Shown here one piece after another: positions 1-13,900 of a DNA stretch of 64,000 nucleotides. Both the position numbers and the translations under genes were made by a program. Source of the stretch: Octopus bimaculoides (Eukaryota); assembly GCF_001194135.2 (NCBI RefSeq), contig NC_068984.1, forward strand, positions 27,588,524 through 27,652,523, read 5' to 3'. Within the stretch, counting starts at the first letter, position 1. Each line of letters opens with the position of its first letter. The notes below the pieces were generated by a model, which had not been told where the DNA came from, did not search any database, and was given only the letters and a program-made list of their open reading frames with translations.

Positions 1-44
1 CGATCCCACGTGTCTCTTCTTGTTCTGTTTAGTCCATTCTAAAC

Positions 45-185
45 AAAATGTGACGTGAGATTTCAGACGAAGGATACTAAAATAAGAATAATGATAAAGA
101 TGAAGTAAAGAACGAATATAATGCATGTAGTTATTTGGAAGGGAAAAAAATGACCATCTCTAAAAACAACAACAGCAACAACAAC

Positions 186-234
<49 letters not shown>

Positions 235-311
235 GTAATGATAATAATGAACAAAACTGTACAAATCCAAATATATGGTACCCTAGGCATAACACCTACA
301 TGAACTTCTAA
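45..311 (+). repeat. Direct repeat copy 1 of a ~250-bp duplication (copy 2 at 914-1162)
   Basis: aaaatgtgacg(t/g)gagatttcagacgaagg...acctacatgaacttctaa occurs twice; the copies differ by about one substitution plus (AAC)/(AAT) tract length. Confidence 0.95.
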
Positions 312-382
312 CTTGTTGTCTCTTGAGGTCTCTGGGTGAGACTTGGATCCAACTTGTACAAAAGCAAAACAAAAGTCAAACA

Positions 383-423
383 TAAAATAATAATAATAAT
401 AATAATGATGATGATATATATAT

Positions 424-484
<61 letters not shown>

Positions 485-497
485 CATTATTATTATT
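383..497. repeat. (AAT)n/(GAT)n then (TTA)n microsatellite
   Basis: Direct reading; source of the poly-N/poly-I pseudo-ORF 63..500. Confidence 0.95.
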
Positions 498-913
498 CAT
501 GGATGTATTTAGAAAACAGAATTCTTGGTCTCAAATCACTTACACAGGATTTCTTTTGAATAGGTGTCACATAGACCCATACATACGATAAAACAAGTTT
601 GTTGTTACATTTTTGTAAAATAAGCTTTTGGTTGCTTCTAGATTTGATTAGCAATAGATAGACCAATGATGAATCACTTCTATAGAATGTCAGCCTTATA
701 AAAAGAAATATACCGATGACATGATGAAATGAAACTTTCAGAGTGAAGTGTCTCAAGACACAATGGAATACTAATATAGATATAAACTTGATAGAAATAT
801 TTCTAGCTTAATTCCTTGAAATCTCTGATAAAATCCTGTTCACTTGAAGCCAAGTTTGATAAAGACAGTGAATAAAAATATAGAATAAAATATGAATGCT
901 ATTTGTGCTCAGA

Positions 914-1162
914 AAAATGTGACGGGAGATTTCAGACGAAGGATACTAAAATAAGAATAATGATAAAGATGAAGTAAAGAACGAATATAATGCATGTAGT
1001 TATTTGGAAGGGAAAAAAATGACCATCTCTAAAAACAACAACAGCAACAACAACAACAACAATAATAATAATAATAATAATAATAGTAATGATAATAATG
1101 AACAAAACTGTACAAATCCAAATATATGGTACCCTAGGCATAACACCTACATGAACTTCTAA
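914..1162 (+). repeat. Direct repeat copy 2 of the ~250-bp duplication
   Basis: Near-identical to 45-311. Confidence 0.95.
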
Positions 1163-1257
1163 ATTAATACCGAAAGTATGCAATACTCATACTTTATTTA
1201 GCAACAGGCTGTTAGAAAAGAAACGAAAGGTTTGAGGGTTCATATCACATCCCCAAT

Positions 1258-1657
1258 GTTGTTGTTGATGTTGTTGGCACTCCGTCGCTTACAACGTCGA
1301 GGGTTCCAGTTGATCCGATCAACGGAACAGCCTGCTCGTGAAATTAACGTGCAAGTGACTGAGCACTCCACAGACACATGTACCCTTAACGTAGTTCTCG
1401 GGGGGAGATTCAGCGTGATTCAGAGTGTGACAAAGCTGACCCTTTGATTTACAGGCACAACAGAAACAGGAAAGAAGAGTGAGAGAAAGTTGTGGTGAAA
1501 GAGTACAGCAGAGTTCGCCACCATCCCCTGCCGGAGCCTCATGGAGTTTTAGGTGTTTTTGCTCAATAAACACTCACAACGCCCGGTCTGGGAATCAAAA
1601 CCGCGATCCTATGACCGCAAGTCCGCTGCCCTAACCACTGGGCCATTGCACCTCCAC
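1258..1657 (-). mobile_element. tRNA-derived SINE, relatively young copy
   Basis: Minus strand begins gtggaggtgcaaTGGCCCAGTGGttagggcagcgg...GGTTTTGATTCC (Pol III A and B boxes); CpG-rich body; (CAA)n tail near 1258. Confidence 0.8.
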
Positions 1658-3199
1658 ACATCCCCAATAGTGTGTAGCCAAATTTACCTGCCTATAAATG
1701 AGATGAAATGCCTGTATAAATAATAGAATTGAATAACTAACGAGTGCTTAATTAGCTAGTAGTACTGAGATAAAGTTCATGCTCTAAACCTGTCGAAAGC
1801 TCCAGGATATTCTTCTTAAAGCTTTTGTTGAGGCTTCATCTCAAGAGTCAGCTACGGCTACTTATGAAATTGTAATTATTGTCTACCGATACAAATATTT
1901 AGCACCATAGAACCACATACTTCAGCGTTTCATCCAAATAACCGAGTTTGTAGCATTATCACTAATGCTAGGATGGATATATTTTTATTTATTTAATGCT
2001 TAGACAGAATAACTCATTTTAATGTTTTTTATTTTGTTATTTCTTTTCTTTCACTAATTGTTTCACCTAATTAGTTTATGAATGTTTGATATATTCCTTC
2101 AGCATTTGAATTTGCCAAATGACACAAAATATTACTGGTTGCTACTTGTAAAGTTTCAGAAAAAAATAAACAAGACAACTAATTAATAAAAGTAGAAAAG
2201 TAAAACAGTAGTTGTATTTGTTATGGAAGTGAAGTGGACATTTTAAATAGACTATTAGATTAGTTGGTTTTTTTTTTATATTTAGTACCAATGTAAAGGA
2301 AATTATTGTATGAGAGGGTAAAAATATTTCAGTTTTGAATGCAGCCATAATTGGTTTTATTTGAGTTACTTTCCTGAACTATTTCTGAACTATTGACATC
2401 TATCCACTACCTCTGAATACAAGTTTGACCTTTGCTATGAGATTTAATTCTAAATATGTAAAGTACTAGATTTGTAAATAATTTAATCTGAATTATTTGT
2501 TCCTTTGTGTGTTTCGATAAAACTAAATATAACAATGTTATTTATGGTGCAGTGTGTGGAATGCTGAACTCCATAATTCATGATGATAAATTTGGTGCCT
2601 CACATTTCTAAGTTGAAATCCCATGTGGTTGAAACTGCTCTTCATCCCTTCCAGAAAATCATTATAATTTACTAAATCCAGCCTCTGTAATAAACAATAT
2701 CATGCCACTCTAAGAAACCTTTCACTTTTTGTTTTAGAACTTGGAGTTGAATTCTGAGCTTAAGTTGCACTTCATTAGATCTTTCCTTTGATGCTCTGAA
2801 GTTAAAGAATGAATAAAAATTAAACAAAATGATTAATATAGTCATAATATCCTTTTCTGTGAAAATATTACCTTGCATTTTGTTGGAAGAAATCCTGATT
2901 ATTTAAACAGAAAATACAGAAAATACAAGCTTACATCAAACATTTCAAAATAGATTAAACTGAGTTGTTTGTCCAATTGCTTAAATAATCAGAAACTAAG
3001 ATGGTGACTTCACCTTGGTCTCAGAGCAGAGACAGACTCTTTCTTCATCATGGAAAAAATTTGAATATTAAAATAGTAGGTGTAAAATAAACTACACATT
3101 GAACTTTTATGATATGGCTATTTGTCCTAAATGTTCATTTAGTTTATTCACTCTACAAAGTTTCAAGCCATTGTATTTATCTTTTATTATTTATTTTTT

Positions 3200-3445
3200 A
3201 TTTATGTATGTCATTGAACTGCAGCCATGCTGAGGCTCTGCCTTGAAGGGTTTAGTTAAACAAATTTCCCCAGTATTTATTTTCTAAGTTTGGTACTTAT
3301 ACTGTTGGCTTCTTTTGCTGAAATGTTAAATCACAGGAATGTAAAAACTGGTTGTTAAGTGGAGGGGTGAAAGAAGCACAAACACAAAGACACACACACA
3401 CACAAGTACAAAGACATGCACACACACACAAGTACAAAGACATGT

Positions 3446-3477
<32 letters not shown>

Positions 3478-3660
3478 TCATACACACACTCACACACACA
3501 TATGTTCATAAAACAGGCTTCCACAAAGTACTAATTTACTTTCAAAACGTAAGTCATTCTTAGGCTATAGTAGAAATTACTTGCCCAAGGTGTTATGCAA
3601 TGAGTATGAACCTAAACCAAATGGTTACAATGCACACTTTTTAATTATACAGTCATGCGT
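3200..3660 (-). mobile_element. tRNA-headed SINE with internal (CA)n tract, decayed; same family as 30385-30780
   Basis: ctatagtagaaattacttgcccaagg and actgcagccatgctgaggc match the reverse complement of 30385-30780. Confidence 0.7.
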
Positions 3661-6188
3661 GTTCATTGCTATACTCCCTGGAGTACAAAAAGATGCAGAA
3701 GTTGTATTTGAATGGAATTCTTAAACTGTGAGTAGATGAGGCTGCCTTTTGTGAAGCACATCTTTTTGACAGGTCTCAGACTAAACAAACGATTGTCTTG
3801 CACTGAACAGATTCTACGTTTGGGCATGCATTACCTAGAAAGTAGTCAAGTGTTCATTTCTACCCTGCACTGAATGCCTTTCAACAATCAGTTATTGAAG
3901 AGTATTTGTAAGGAAGTATATGGCATGAAAGATGTGTATGACATATATTAGGAGTGATGTATTTCACAAATATTTTAGGCAAAATATAATAAACAATTTT
4001 CTAAATTCTTTGGCTGAGAACATAACATAAGTGGATAATCTGTAGTATTCATCATCTTCTGTTAACTCTCTACAAAGCTCGGGTGAGGCTCAGTAAGGTG
4101 TTGTTCCCTCATCTGAGACAGTGCTTCTGTTACATACACAGACAGCATAAAACACATCCAGATAAAAGCTACTTAACTTATTCACATGAAATTACTTTCC
4201 ATCATGCTCCAGCCTTTGGCATACAGACACCAGTCTTCTCTTTGTCGTTTCTGCCACGGCTGTCCTGGCCAGTATTCTTTGAAAGTACTTGTCTCTTTCC
4301 TTCAACATTTAAATACTCTCATTTCACTTATCTCTCTTCTTTTCATTACTTGTATTATATCTACTTTCAGACATGACACTAACTGTTATCTGGTCCTTCT
4401 TTCTCTGATGCTGGTTCCCTGGAATCCCCTTCATACAGATTCTTTTCATATAGCCATTAAGTTGCAGCTCTTCAAGAGGAACATTAAACATGTCTGTTCC
4501 ACTGGTCTCAGAATGTTTGCAAAGACCTGCAGCGCAGTCACTTCCTCAAAGCTAAAACAATGACTCATAACACAACATAAAGACTAGTTAGCTTAAATAA
4601 ATAAAAAAATTGCCCTCCTGTTATCTAATAATTTGTGGGTTCATGGGGAATACCTTTTGTTGTGTGTACAACTTATCTGATTATTTTTTGTTCATATTAT
4701 TATCAGAAATACCCTACCATATTACCATGGTAAATGTGATTGCTACATCAAACAAGTTTGTAAAGTTTATACAATTGCATAAGCTGGGGGATTCTATTTC
4801 CACTCAGTAGCTTCTGCATTTGTCATTTGGAGAAATGTATGGCAGTAAAGAATGAAATAACTCACTCAAGTAAATTCTATTTAAGATAGGTGAAAGCATC
4901 ATTTTTTTTTATCACATAAGAGGAAAAGTAACACCCACAACATAACACCCATTTTCCTCACCTCGTTGGCATGATTTGCTTCTGTTTCATTGTTCCTTGC
5001 GTGTGTGTGCATGTGCATGCACACGTCTGTCTGTATAGAAGTAAATAAAGAAATTATTACTACTGGAATGGCAACACATATGAATTCACAGAAATATACT
5101 TAATATAAAAGTTTATAGCACATGGTTCACGTGATAAAAGAAAAATAAAGCATAGTTATGTGTTGTTTGTAACGTATAGAAAAGTTTGAAAATATAACTT
5201 TTCTCTTAAATCATAACCGAGGCAAACTGTTTATAGCTAGTACACTGTTGACAAGATGGCAGTCATCAAAAACTAAGAAATTTTAATTGTAATCGAAGTA
5301 GAAGACAAAATAGAAAAGACAGCAGGACATAATGTGAAAGCTGCAAGGAAGGGAAAGAATAAAAATGGCTGGTATTTATAAAAGAAGTTCACAAAGTAAT
5401 ATTTACCTAGTCAACTATTATTATCTATCCCATTAGTTCAGTGGGAACAAATTGCGATACACAGTTGAATTAACAAGCTTACTCACCAAGTTGTAGATAT
5501 GCCAGACAATAAAGTAAAAGTAGATATTTTGCTGGCTTCTAGGAATTAGTTATGAATTTCAAAACAATGGATGATGCAACAGAGCAGTGAAGAGAAATGG
5601 TAGAGAAGGAACAAACTGTGTCCAAGCTCTTGGATATGGTTGAGTTGTAAATGTGTTACCATTTATGAGCTCACTGATACTTATGTTCATAACTTTGGAT
5701 ATGCTTAAAATATTTTTTATAATTTTAACTATAAGAATAAATGGAAAGAAGTGATATATATATATATATATATACTATATGGATCTCTCTTAGAATTGGA
5801 AGACACTTCTAATAATTTCAGTAAGTTTTATTAGCAAATACAAAAACATGAAACTTACTCAACTAATATCAGATGTATAAATGTCAACAAAGGTATATCA
5901 AATGTTTCTATGAATATTATCCAATATAAATTATCAGAATATTCTTTCTGTAATACTTCTTAGAGAAAATATAATTTTAAATCCATTGTCATCATGTGTA
6001 AGCATTTGGTGGATTTAGTAAAGTGAAGCTATATAAGTGATTCAAAATAAGTGATTATAGGGATTTCACAGGGAAATTTCATGAAAGTAAAACATTTGAT
6101 GTGCTAATTTTCGAGAACTATTCTCAAAAACTATCAGATCTCTTATTATTATACGCACATATTACTGCAGCCATTATTATATGTTAAG

Positions 6189-6220
<32 letters not shown>

Positions 6221-6264
6221 TACAGACATTACTATAAAGTGTAATGTCCACACTGTAAAGAGAT

Positions 6265-6415
6265 ATGGCATTAGGAAGAGCATCCAGCTGTAAAAACCAT
6301 GCTAAAGTAGACATTGCAGCTCGATGCAGTCCTTGGACACATTGAATTGTCAAACTGTTGAACCCTTACTAGCATGGAACATGGACGTTAAATGATGTTG
6401 ATGATGATGATGATG
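6265..6415 (+). mobile_element. Short element with RTE-type 3' tail ending in (GAT)n
   Basis: ggcattaggaagagcatccagctgtaaaa...catggaacatggacgttaaatgatg(atg)n; tail shared with 7585-8095. Confidence 0.75.
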
Positions 6416-7584
6416 TGACAGTAACTGTGACCTTTTCAGAAGTAAAGTTTCAACTCTGTATTCTAACATTTAAAATAATTTGATAAAGAAGCAATTCCAC
6501 AGAAATAAACACAATGAGCAGTGTTTCATTACTTCTCAACTCATGAGAAGGCTTATAGTATCTAAAGCCATTCCACTTCTTCCCAACTTCAGCTACATAA
6601 ATTTTAGAATACCCCTAGTTCCTAAAACTCATTTTTTTTCACTGCTATCTCTAGAAAAAAAATCCACATATAGTATAACATACTTTTTTACCTGACTGGG
6701 TGTAGAAAAAGACAGAGAGAGCTAACGGTCTTTGCAGGTCATCTGAGACCAGTGAGACTAATACCATTAACATTCAGCTTAAATTGTTTCAAGTTGAGAC
6801 CTCCAGGAAAGACACTAACATCCCAGGGATAGAAGAACTGAGTTTAGTAGTTAGTACAAAGCCTGTGAGATTGGACATAACATGGGTGATGAGAATTGGA
6901 GAGATGAGTGAATTAGGAGTACTTGACTGGAGTAAGCTATTATGGTAGCAGCAGAGAAAGAAGAGAGAAGAGACACCTTGTCTGTGGGCCAGTGACTGGA
7001 GCATGTTTGCGAGTCACTTCTTGTTAATAAGTTGAGTGGCTCTCTCTGGATGTGGCTTAAGATATCACTGTGTGCAGGAGTAGCATTGTCCCAGCTGTAG
7101 GAGCAAAATACTGCATTGTGCACCTCACTTGAGCTGCATTTTAATAAAAGATTGGATGGCCATGGCTGGAATATCTTTGATCATAGACCTTTTGGATCAA
7201 GTATGTCTTGGGGTACATCAAACTCTTTGCCCTTAGTGAAAATCTTATTACATCACTTGTATCAGTTTAGAGGTCTGCAAATAAGCACTCCTCTATCAAT
7301 TCATTACCAAATAGATCTACAGAGTTATAAAATATTGACTTCAAGAAAATATTTCAATACGAGAAACACCTGTAATCTCTTTATTACAAATACAGGTTAT
7401 GAGTTATTAAACATAATTTCCAACAGAATGTTTGAATTTATAGAATGATTCAAGGGGGGGAAAAAATGGAAACTAAGCATGAAGTTCTTTGAAAGAATAA
7501 CAAAGACCTTACCCATTTAAGTGGATTGTTTTGTCACCTGAATAACAAAAGCATTTTTTATTATCAATTATGTCATACGTATTA

Positions 7585-8095
7585 TCATCATCATCATCAT
7601 CATCATCAACATTTAATATCTGTTTGCCATGCTGGCATGGGTCGAATGGCTTGACAGGAACTGATGAGGCCAGGGGCTGCACCAGGTTCCATAGTCCAAT
7701 TTGACTTAGTTTGTATCGCTGATACCCTTCCTAATGCCAACCACTCCACAAAGTGTCCTGGGTACTTTTTATGTGGTACCATCACCAGTGCTTTTTATCT
7801 GACACCAACACCAGTACCTTTTACATGGTGCCAAGCATCCACACCTATGCTTTTCATGTGTCACTTTGGTTTTAGGATCTCAATTCTGTTGTGATGGCCA
7901 GATCTTCTTGAGTACAGCAATACACCACATATTTTGCTCCTCTGTCATCTCCTTTGTAAGGTTCAGCATTTTGAGATCAACCTTCAGTACTACATCCCAT
8001 GTCTTTTGGGGTCTCCCTCTTCCAAAACTTTCCTCCACTTTAAGTGATTGGCACTTCTTTATACAGCTGTCCTCATCCATAGAGGAAAGGAAGCT
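7585..8095 (-). mobile_element. 5'-truncated RTE-clade LINE: RT C-terminus, 3' UTR and (GAT)n tail
   Basis: Minus frame MDEDSCIKKCQSLKVEESFGRGRPQKTWDVVLKVDLKMLNLTKEMTEEQNMW has the RTE-type GRPxKTW end; tail appears as (cat)n at 7585. Confidence 0.8.
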
Positions 8096-8339
8096 GGCAG
8101 AATAATTACAGCATTGGAAAATTCTGTTGAAGTCAGTTTTACCTTTCATTCCTCTGGGATTGCTAAAATAAAGTACAGGGGTCAATAGTATCAATTAAAC
8201 CTACTTCTCATTAAGTGCAGCTAATTGATACAAGTAGAAACCATTAAGTTATAAATATGGATATGTTTATGTGAATATTAGTTTGAGTGTCTGAGTCCCA
8301 GCTCATGTTGAGTATCTTGTCTTGAATAAAATTATCTTT

Positions 8340-8620
8340 TCGAGAACGTTGCCAGTGCCGCTGGACTGGCTCCTGTGCAGGTGGCATGTAAAATACACCA
8401 TTTTGAGTGTGGCCGTTGCCAGTACTGCCTGACTGGCCTTCGTGCCGGTAGCACATAAAAGTACCCACTGCACCCTTGGAGTGGTTGGCGTTAAGAAGGG
8501 CATCCAGGTGTAGAAATTCTGCCACATCAGACTGGAGCTTGGTGTAGCCATCTGGTTTACCAGTCCTCAGTCAAATCGTCCAACCCATGCTAGAATGGAA
8601 AGCAGACATTAAACGATGGT
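8340..8620 (+). mobile_element. RTE-tail-sharing short element with internal ggcaygtaaaa sub-repeats
   Basis: gagtggttggcgttaagaagggcatcc...ccaacccatgctagaatggaaagcagacattaaacgatg; inverted relative at 11180-11580. Confidence 0.75.
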
Positions 8621-8854
8621 GTATAGATTTTGTGAGTTGCATTTCAGCTGAGAAACAACAAGGTTTATTTGTAGTTTACTGATATTTGCATTGTTTGCGA
8701 ATGACAATATAATTAATAGCTTAAAGCATATTTACTGACTTACATATCATAAGCACTGATATCAGTACACACACATACATATAAGCACATTTATAGGTCT
8801 ACACATACACACATACACATATACATTCATACTGACAGACAGTCAATCAGCTGC

Positions 8855-9110
8855 TCTGCAAATATAAACAGCTCTTCAAAAGTCAACAAGAAGGAGGTCA
8901 AAATATGCAGCTCATTTATCCTGATTATAAATTCACATTTATGCCAATAATTGTTGGTGCATTTGGTTGTGTCAGTAAATATCTGTGACAATCTAGAAAA
9001 GCTAAGATTTTCAGATAAAGAAAAAGACTGACTAATGTACATTTTACAGATACAGTCTGTAAGTGGAACAGTAAAAGTATGCAAGACTTTCTAAAGTTCA
9101 ATATAAAATA
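8855..9110 (+). mobile_element. R4/Dong-like non-LTR retrotransposon, restriction-like endonuclease C-terminus (relic)
   Basis: MQLIYPDYKFTFMPIIVGAFGCVSKYL...LQIQSVSGTVKVCKTFLKF aligns closely with the 3' end of the 57510-58677 element (LYPDYEFIFIPTIIGALGFVSKCL...LQVQSVSGTVKISKTFLKF). Confidence 0.8.
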
Positions 9111-10469
9111 TGTATTGTTGTTATCCAAATTTGCGCAATGGGTCCTTGTTTCTTTGTTAGGAGCCAACTTCATTCTTGCAAGAAGAATTCTATGGATTAG
9201 AAAAGGAGAGAAAAGGGACACACAGTCTTGCAGACATAGATGAAACAAAGTATTGTTTAGGAGAACAAAATAAAACGTGCTCTTTTGTGGGAGTCATGTG
9301 CCCACTTATTTTGAGAGAAAAATACAAGCAGAAGAGAATATCTGTGGACCAATTAGGTTCGCAACCTAAAATATACTTGCAAATTTCATGCCAGTTATTG
9401 GAATGAAAGGACAAGTACTAACTAGCCTTGATTAGAACATGGCAGATTCTTTAGAAAAGAATGTAAACCTACAATTCATACAATATAGATAATAATGATT
9501 GCTAGGACAACAAATATTTGTGAATTATTCTTAACGTTTAAAGGTATATGGTTGTAAAAGAGAAGACCAAAATATGAAGAACTCTTTTTAAAAGTCTTTT
9601 ATATTTAAACTTACTACCGAACCACTGAACAACAGAATAAACTCTATAACTGCTAATTGAGAAGAGAAAGCAAGAACACAGATATATAAATACATACACA
9701 CACAGATGTCGGTGAATACATTAAAATATATTAACATTGGAACATGAATGTTTTTTTCTTTTCTCAATTTTTGTTAGTTTCTAGCTTTAAATTGCAATTT
9801 ACCAAACAGGTTATTAGCAAGGGCTTGTAGTAAATCAATTGATATAGATCTTTAAAAAAGTATCTTTAGACAACTGTACTTGATTAAAATTTATTAAAAT
9901 TATTTTACAGATGAGAATCAAAAAGCTTATTTGAGCTGGTCTTCAGATACCAAGATAGATTGTTACATTGACAGATATAGTAAACGATTTAGTTTGATTA
10001 GTAAGCAAGTACACAATAATAGATATGTATAGAAATGTAGGTAGACATTCAGATAGAGAGAAATACAAAGCTGCAATTTTGCCCATTACAATTAAGTGGT
10101 AGCCTGAAACCAGAAATAAGTGACAGACATTTCTCAAGAAAGCTTACATTCAGCCTATTATTATATCTACTTGACTTGGTTCAATTCTCAGTTAATCAGC
10201 CTCTACACCATGTCATTAATATGACACAACTCAGATACTAAGGAGTGAGCAAATATCAGTTGGGAATCCACTGAAGAATCTCTTCTCTACTTGGAGAAAA
10301 GATAATTAGAAAGTTCAGCAGCAGCAAGTAATTGACGTATTAGCAAGCTAATTAAGGTTCCAGCCAAGACAGACATTTTGAAACTTATGAGCAATGTGTT
10401 ATGTGATTGGGTATTTTAAAATATGATGATGGACAGAACATATCAACTTAGAACGGTTATATATTATTA

Positions 10470-10745
<276 letters not shown>

Positions 10746-10774
10746 ACTTTAGTATGTATGGTGTAGAGATTGAA

Positions 10775-11000
10775 GAAATAATCTTTTCTACTCTCAGCAC
10801 AAGGACTGAAATTTTGGGAGAGACAGGAGCCAGTCGATTAGATCAATCCCAGTGTGCAACTGGTACTTAATTTATCGAACCCGAAAGGATGAAAGGCAAA
10901 GTCAATCCAGGCGGAATTTGAACTCAGAACATAAAGACTGATGACATGCCACTAAGCATTTTGCCCGGCATGCTAACATTTCTGCCAGCTCACCGCCTTA
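10775..11000 (-). mobile_element. tRNA-headed SINE with Nin/Deu-type core domain
   Basis: Core atcgaacccgaaaggatgaaaggcaaagtcaatccaggcggaatttgaactcag; B box gagttcaaattcc on the minus strand; domain name is from recall. Confidence 0.75.
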
Positions 11001-11179
11001 GGTTGGAGAAATATTGCATCATTAATGTACCATTTTGTTGGAAGTGTTGGATAAATCAAGTTAACACAGCTGACTTACTGAAAACATTCATAAAGTCACT
11101 GTTACATAATTATTAAACTTCTGATTGTAACCTATTTTATCAAATTTTATGAATATATATTCTTTCATATATTCTGGAT

Positions 11180-11580
11180 ACCTTTCCTGACGCCAACCAC
11201 TCCAAGGGTGTAGTGGGTTCTTTTACATGCCACCGACACGAGGGCCAATCAGGCGGTACTGGTAAGGGCCACGCTCACAATGGTGTTTTTTACATGCCAC
11301 CTGCACAGGAGCCAGTCCAGCGGCACTGGCAAGAACCTCGTTCGAATGTTTTTTCATGTGCCACTGGTACAAGTGCCAGTAAGGCAACGCTGGTAACGAT
11401 CACACTCAAATGGTGCTATATACGTGCCACTGGCACAGAAGTCAGACAGCTGCTCTGGCAATGATCACGCTTGGACGGTGCTCTTAGCGCTCCACTGGCA
11501 CAAGTGCCAGTCATTGAATTTGGTTCAATCACGATTTCGATTTCACTTGCCCCAACAGGTCTTCGCAAGCTGAGTTTAGT
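11180..11580 (-). mobile_element. RTE-tail-sharing short element with internal sub-repeats
   Basis: ttcctgacgccaaccactcc...gccaccgacacgagggccaatcaggcggtactgg is the reverse complement of 8340-8560. Confidence 0.75.
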
Positions 11581-11937
11581 GTCCAATGAAGAATGTAAAA
11601 GGAAATAACTAAGTACAAAACACTCTGCCTTTCATTGGCCTTAAAACATATCCATATGTATATTAACACTTGTCATATATGCAATAGAACTAAGTAAATG
11701 AGTAAGCTTTTACAAAATCGTTTGACCTGCTAGATATATCAGCCAGCACTCTCTCAAGTTACCTAAAAGAACAAGTGATACTTTAGGTAGTGTAGATATG
11801 CAATGTCTTAGAGAAGTATCATATGGTTGTGTCTGTCATACCTTTGACCATAAGGGTTTAATAAAAACAAATTTGAGCACAAAAGAAAGAAATAGCAAGA
11901 ATAGAGTTATGTAAAAATTACAAAATACAGAAAATAA

Positions 11938-12512
11938 ATGAAATGAAAATGTTTTTTTTTCTACTCTAGGCACAAGGCCCGAAATTTTGAGGGAGAGGTC
12001 AGTCAATTAGATTGACTCCAGTATGCAGCTGGTACTTAAATTTATTGACCCCAAAATTACAAAATACAGAAAATAAATGAAATGAAATCTTTCTTTTCTA
12101 CTCTAGGCACAAGGCCCGAAAGTTTAGATCGACCCCAGTATGTAACTCTTGCTTAATTTATCGACCCTGAAAGGATGAAAGGCAAAGTCGACATTGGTGG
12201 AATTTGATCTAAGAACGTAAAGACAGATGAAATACCACTAAGCATTTTGCCTGGCATGCTAACGTTTCTTATTTCTTTATTGCCCACAAGGGGCTACACA
12301 CAGAGGAGATAAAGAAGGACAGACAAAGGGATTAAGTTGATAATATCGACCCCAGTGTGTAACTAGTACTTATTTAATCGACCCCGAAAGGATGAAAGGC
12401 AAAGTCGACCTCGGCGGAATTTGAACTCAGAACATAGCAGCAGACTGCTAAGCATTTCGCCTGGCGTGCTAACGTTTCTGCCAGGTCACTGCCTTTATGA
12501 AATGAAAATGTT
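11938..12512 (-). mobile_element. Tandem cluster of Nin-core SINE copies bounded by a 16-bp direct repeat
   Basis: atgaaatgaaaatgtt at 11938-11953 and 12497-12512; three partial or complete cores between them. Confidence 0.8.
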
Positions 12513-13489
12513 GATAAATGAATGACTCAATGAAAATAATATGAGCTACTGCATAATAATTAATATAATTTTGATTTCAAACAGAGACTCATGAACTTTA
12601 TTCATATCTTATTTTATGGAACACTAAATGATAAAACACAGAATTGATGTCAGTGGGATTTGAACCTTGAACATAAAGGTACACATTTATTAAATATCAC
12701 AAAGGCATTTTGTTGGTTACAGCACTGGTTCTGCTCTAATAAACAAAATATTTATTTCTAAAATAGCTGCAAGACCTTAAATCTTCAAATATAACAGGGA
12801 TATGTATAGATAACTGGCACTTTATTTTATCAACCATGGAAGGATTACAGACAAAGGTAACCCTGGCCAAATTTGAACTCCGAGCATTGGTAATAATAAT
12901 ATGTAATGCATACAACAACACTATTTTCTTCTCATTAAAAAAGTGAATCAGCCTTTCTTGCTGTAAAATAACGCAAATTTCATTTTTTAAATTTTTTCCT
13001 ATTTTTATTATATATATATTTTAGATATTTATTTCAGTTGTTTTTAACTTTTCTTTTTACTTTTCATTTTTTTAATTTCAATTTTAGTGTTAATATTGAG
13101 AAGTGCACATGTATACAGACATATGGTTTTGGAATTCGTGTGATTCAAATGAATTGTAAGAAATGTATTTTACATAAAAAGAAAGGTAAAGAAACAGTGA
13201 CTGATAGCTAAATCAATAAGCTATACAACAAATAAAATAAGTAATGGTTTTTATCATGATCTAAAAGCATTAACTCTCAGTAGCCCAGTTCCTCTAGCTG
13301 AAAATTTGCTCCACAAAGAAACTTATGTGTGATGTTATGACTTGTTTTAACTATTCTCATAGGATAGTACTTTTCCTATGACAATGGACATGTAACTTAA
13401 GATGATGAGTATGATTTGAGGAAAATTTGACTGCTACTTTTAGCAGGTTGAGTAACTGCAAAAGGGCTCTGTCATTGGCTCGTATCACA

Positions 13490-13900
13490 GCAATTGATTT
13501 AGCTGGAGTGAAGGGAATTATAACTAGCAGCAACAGTAGGATTATAGTAAGTCTGATGATGAATATGATTAGGATAATTATAATGAGAGTTGGGTAATTA
13601 TTAAAAGAAAGATTATGGTGATGAAGATAATGGCTGTAGTTATCTGTTGATAGTGTTCATGATAATAAGAATGATGGGGATGGTGATATATTCCAGATGA
13701 TGGTGATAAGGAGGGGAATTAGGAAGAGGAAGTGGTTTATGACTGAAGTATAATGATGAATACTGAGATTGAAGTAATGATGACGATGTGACAGGGGGTA
13801 TGTTGGTGCTAATGATTCTTGTGTTGATGGAACTAATGATGGTGATTGGCTTAATTGTAGTAGTATTAGTAGTAATGGTCAGGTTTGCAGTGATAATGAT
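13490..13900. repeat. Degenerate GAT/AAT/GGT triplet low-complexity tract
   Basis: Decayed triplet repeats with stops in all frames examined. Confidence 0.7.

Noticed and set aside
1600-1657. tRNA-like sequence (also the heads at 30385, 36465, 41910, 45110)
   Set aside because: A/B boxes are continuous with SINE bodies and there is no complete acceptor stem, so these are SINE heads rather than tRNA genes.
4030-4560. Higher-GC stretch with coding-like minus frames (KEYWPGQPWQKRQREDW...)
   Set aside because: Stops in all frames and no motif I can assign; probably an old TE relic, unclassified.
6680-7450. Overlapping 70-110 aa ORFs in a higher-GC block
   Set aside because: No recognisable domain, only faint similarity to a LINE RT; not supportable as a gene.
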